Positions 63,821 to 64,000 of a stretch of DNA of 64,000 bases are shown here, piece after piece (the first letter of the stretch is position 1; the number at the start of each line of letters is the position of its first letter). Made by a program: the position numbers and the translations under genes. Source of the stretch: Gammaproteobacteria bacterium (lineage in GTDB: Bacteria > Pseudomonadota > Gammaproteobacteria > Eutrophobiales > Eutrophobiaceae); the NCBI GenBank assembly GCA_963422205.2, contig CAXMWX010000012.1, positions 114,800 to 178,799 on the forward strand. Reading direction: 5' to 3'. Under the pieces are notes generated by a model, which was given only the letters and a program-made list of their open reading frames with translations, ran no database searches and was not told the DNA's origin.

Positions 63821-64000
63821 ATGTCCATTGATGTGGCCGCCTGGCTTAGATCGCACACTGCCACCCGTATTGTCCTGCTGGAAGCAGAACACCTCTCGCC
63901 ATCAGGCACAAAATACATCGCCAGTCACCCCTATATCTCGCACAGCACAGATACACCGCCACACCAGCCCTATGATGACTATCTCACCGATACACCGGAG
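63821..64000 (+). CDS. Tail protein, 5' part (truncated by window)
   Basis: GAGG RBS, frame open to the window end: MSIDVAAWLRSHTATRIVLLEAE... Confidence 0.6.
   Translation, partial: MSIDVAAWLRSHTATRIVLLEAEHLSPSGTKYIASHPYISHSTDTPPHQPYDDYLTDTPE

Larger units (their letters stand above)
31858..64000. mobile_element. Transposable (Mu/B3-like) prophage with non-contractile tail; right end outside window
   Basis: Mor, GemA, Gam, DDE transposase plus AAA ATPase, gp27/gp28-like terminase, MuF, tail tube and tape measure; early genes read leftward as in B3; candidate TG end at 31858. Confidence 0.93.

Overview
The window has two parts. 1-31.85 kb is gammaproteobacterial chromosome. It holds the end of a surface-glycan cluster (NeuA/KdsC fusion, ABC transporter, 2OG-Fe(II)-type oxygenase, two GT4 paralogs of which one is broken at a G10 tract), tRNA-Pro(CGG), and a TonB receptor. 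A decaying accessory patch follows (aldo-keto reductase, iorAB, wrbA and NYN remnants, a DUF4258/DUF2283 pair, a GT10), then katG and the conserved dapB-dnaJ-dnaK-grpE-hrcA / nadK-recN / fur-bamE block with CIRCE, sigma32 and OxyR-like sites. From about 31.86 kb to the window end lies a transposable (Mu/B3-like, non-contractile tail) prophage. It has a leftward early operon (Mor, GemA, Gam, AAA ATPase, DDE transposase with a nonsense stop), a CI repressor with two S24 domains, an AT-rich three-gene cargo, and lysis, packaging, head and tail genes. The right end is outside the window. Most notable: a MuF head protein carrying a JAB/MPN-like C-terminal domain followed by a small Cys/His protein (candidate virion-delivered effector plus partner), two families of short structured repeats in late-gene junctions, and internal duplications in three phage proteins. 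Caveat: homopolymer frameshifts in dnaJ and dapB suggest indel errors in the assembly. All family assignments come from motif recognition by eye, not database searches.
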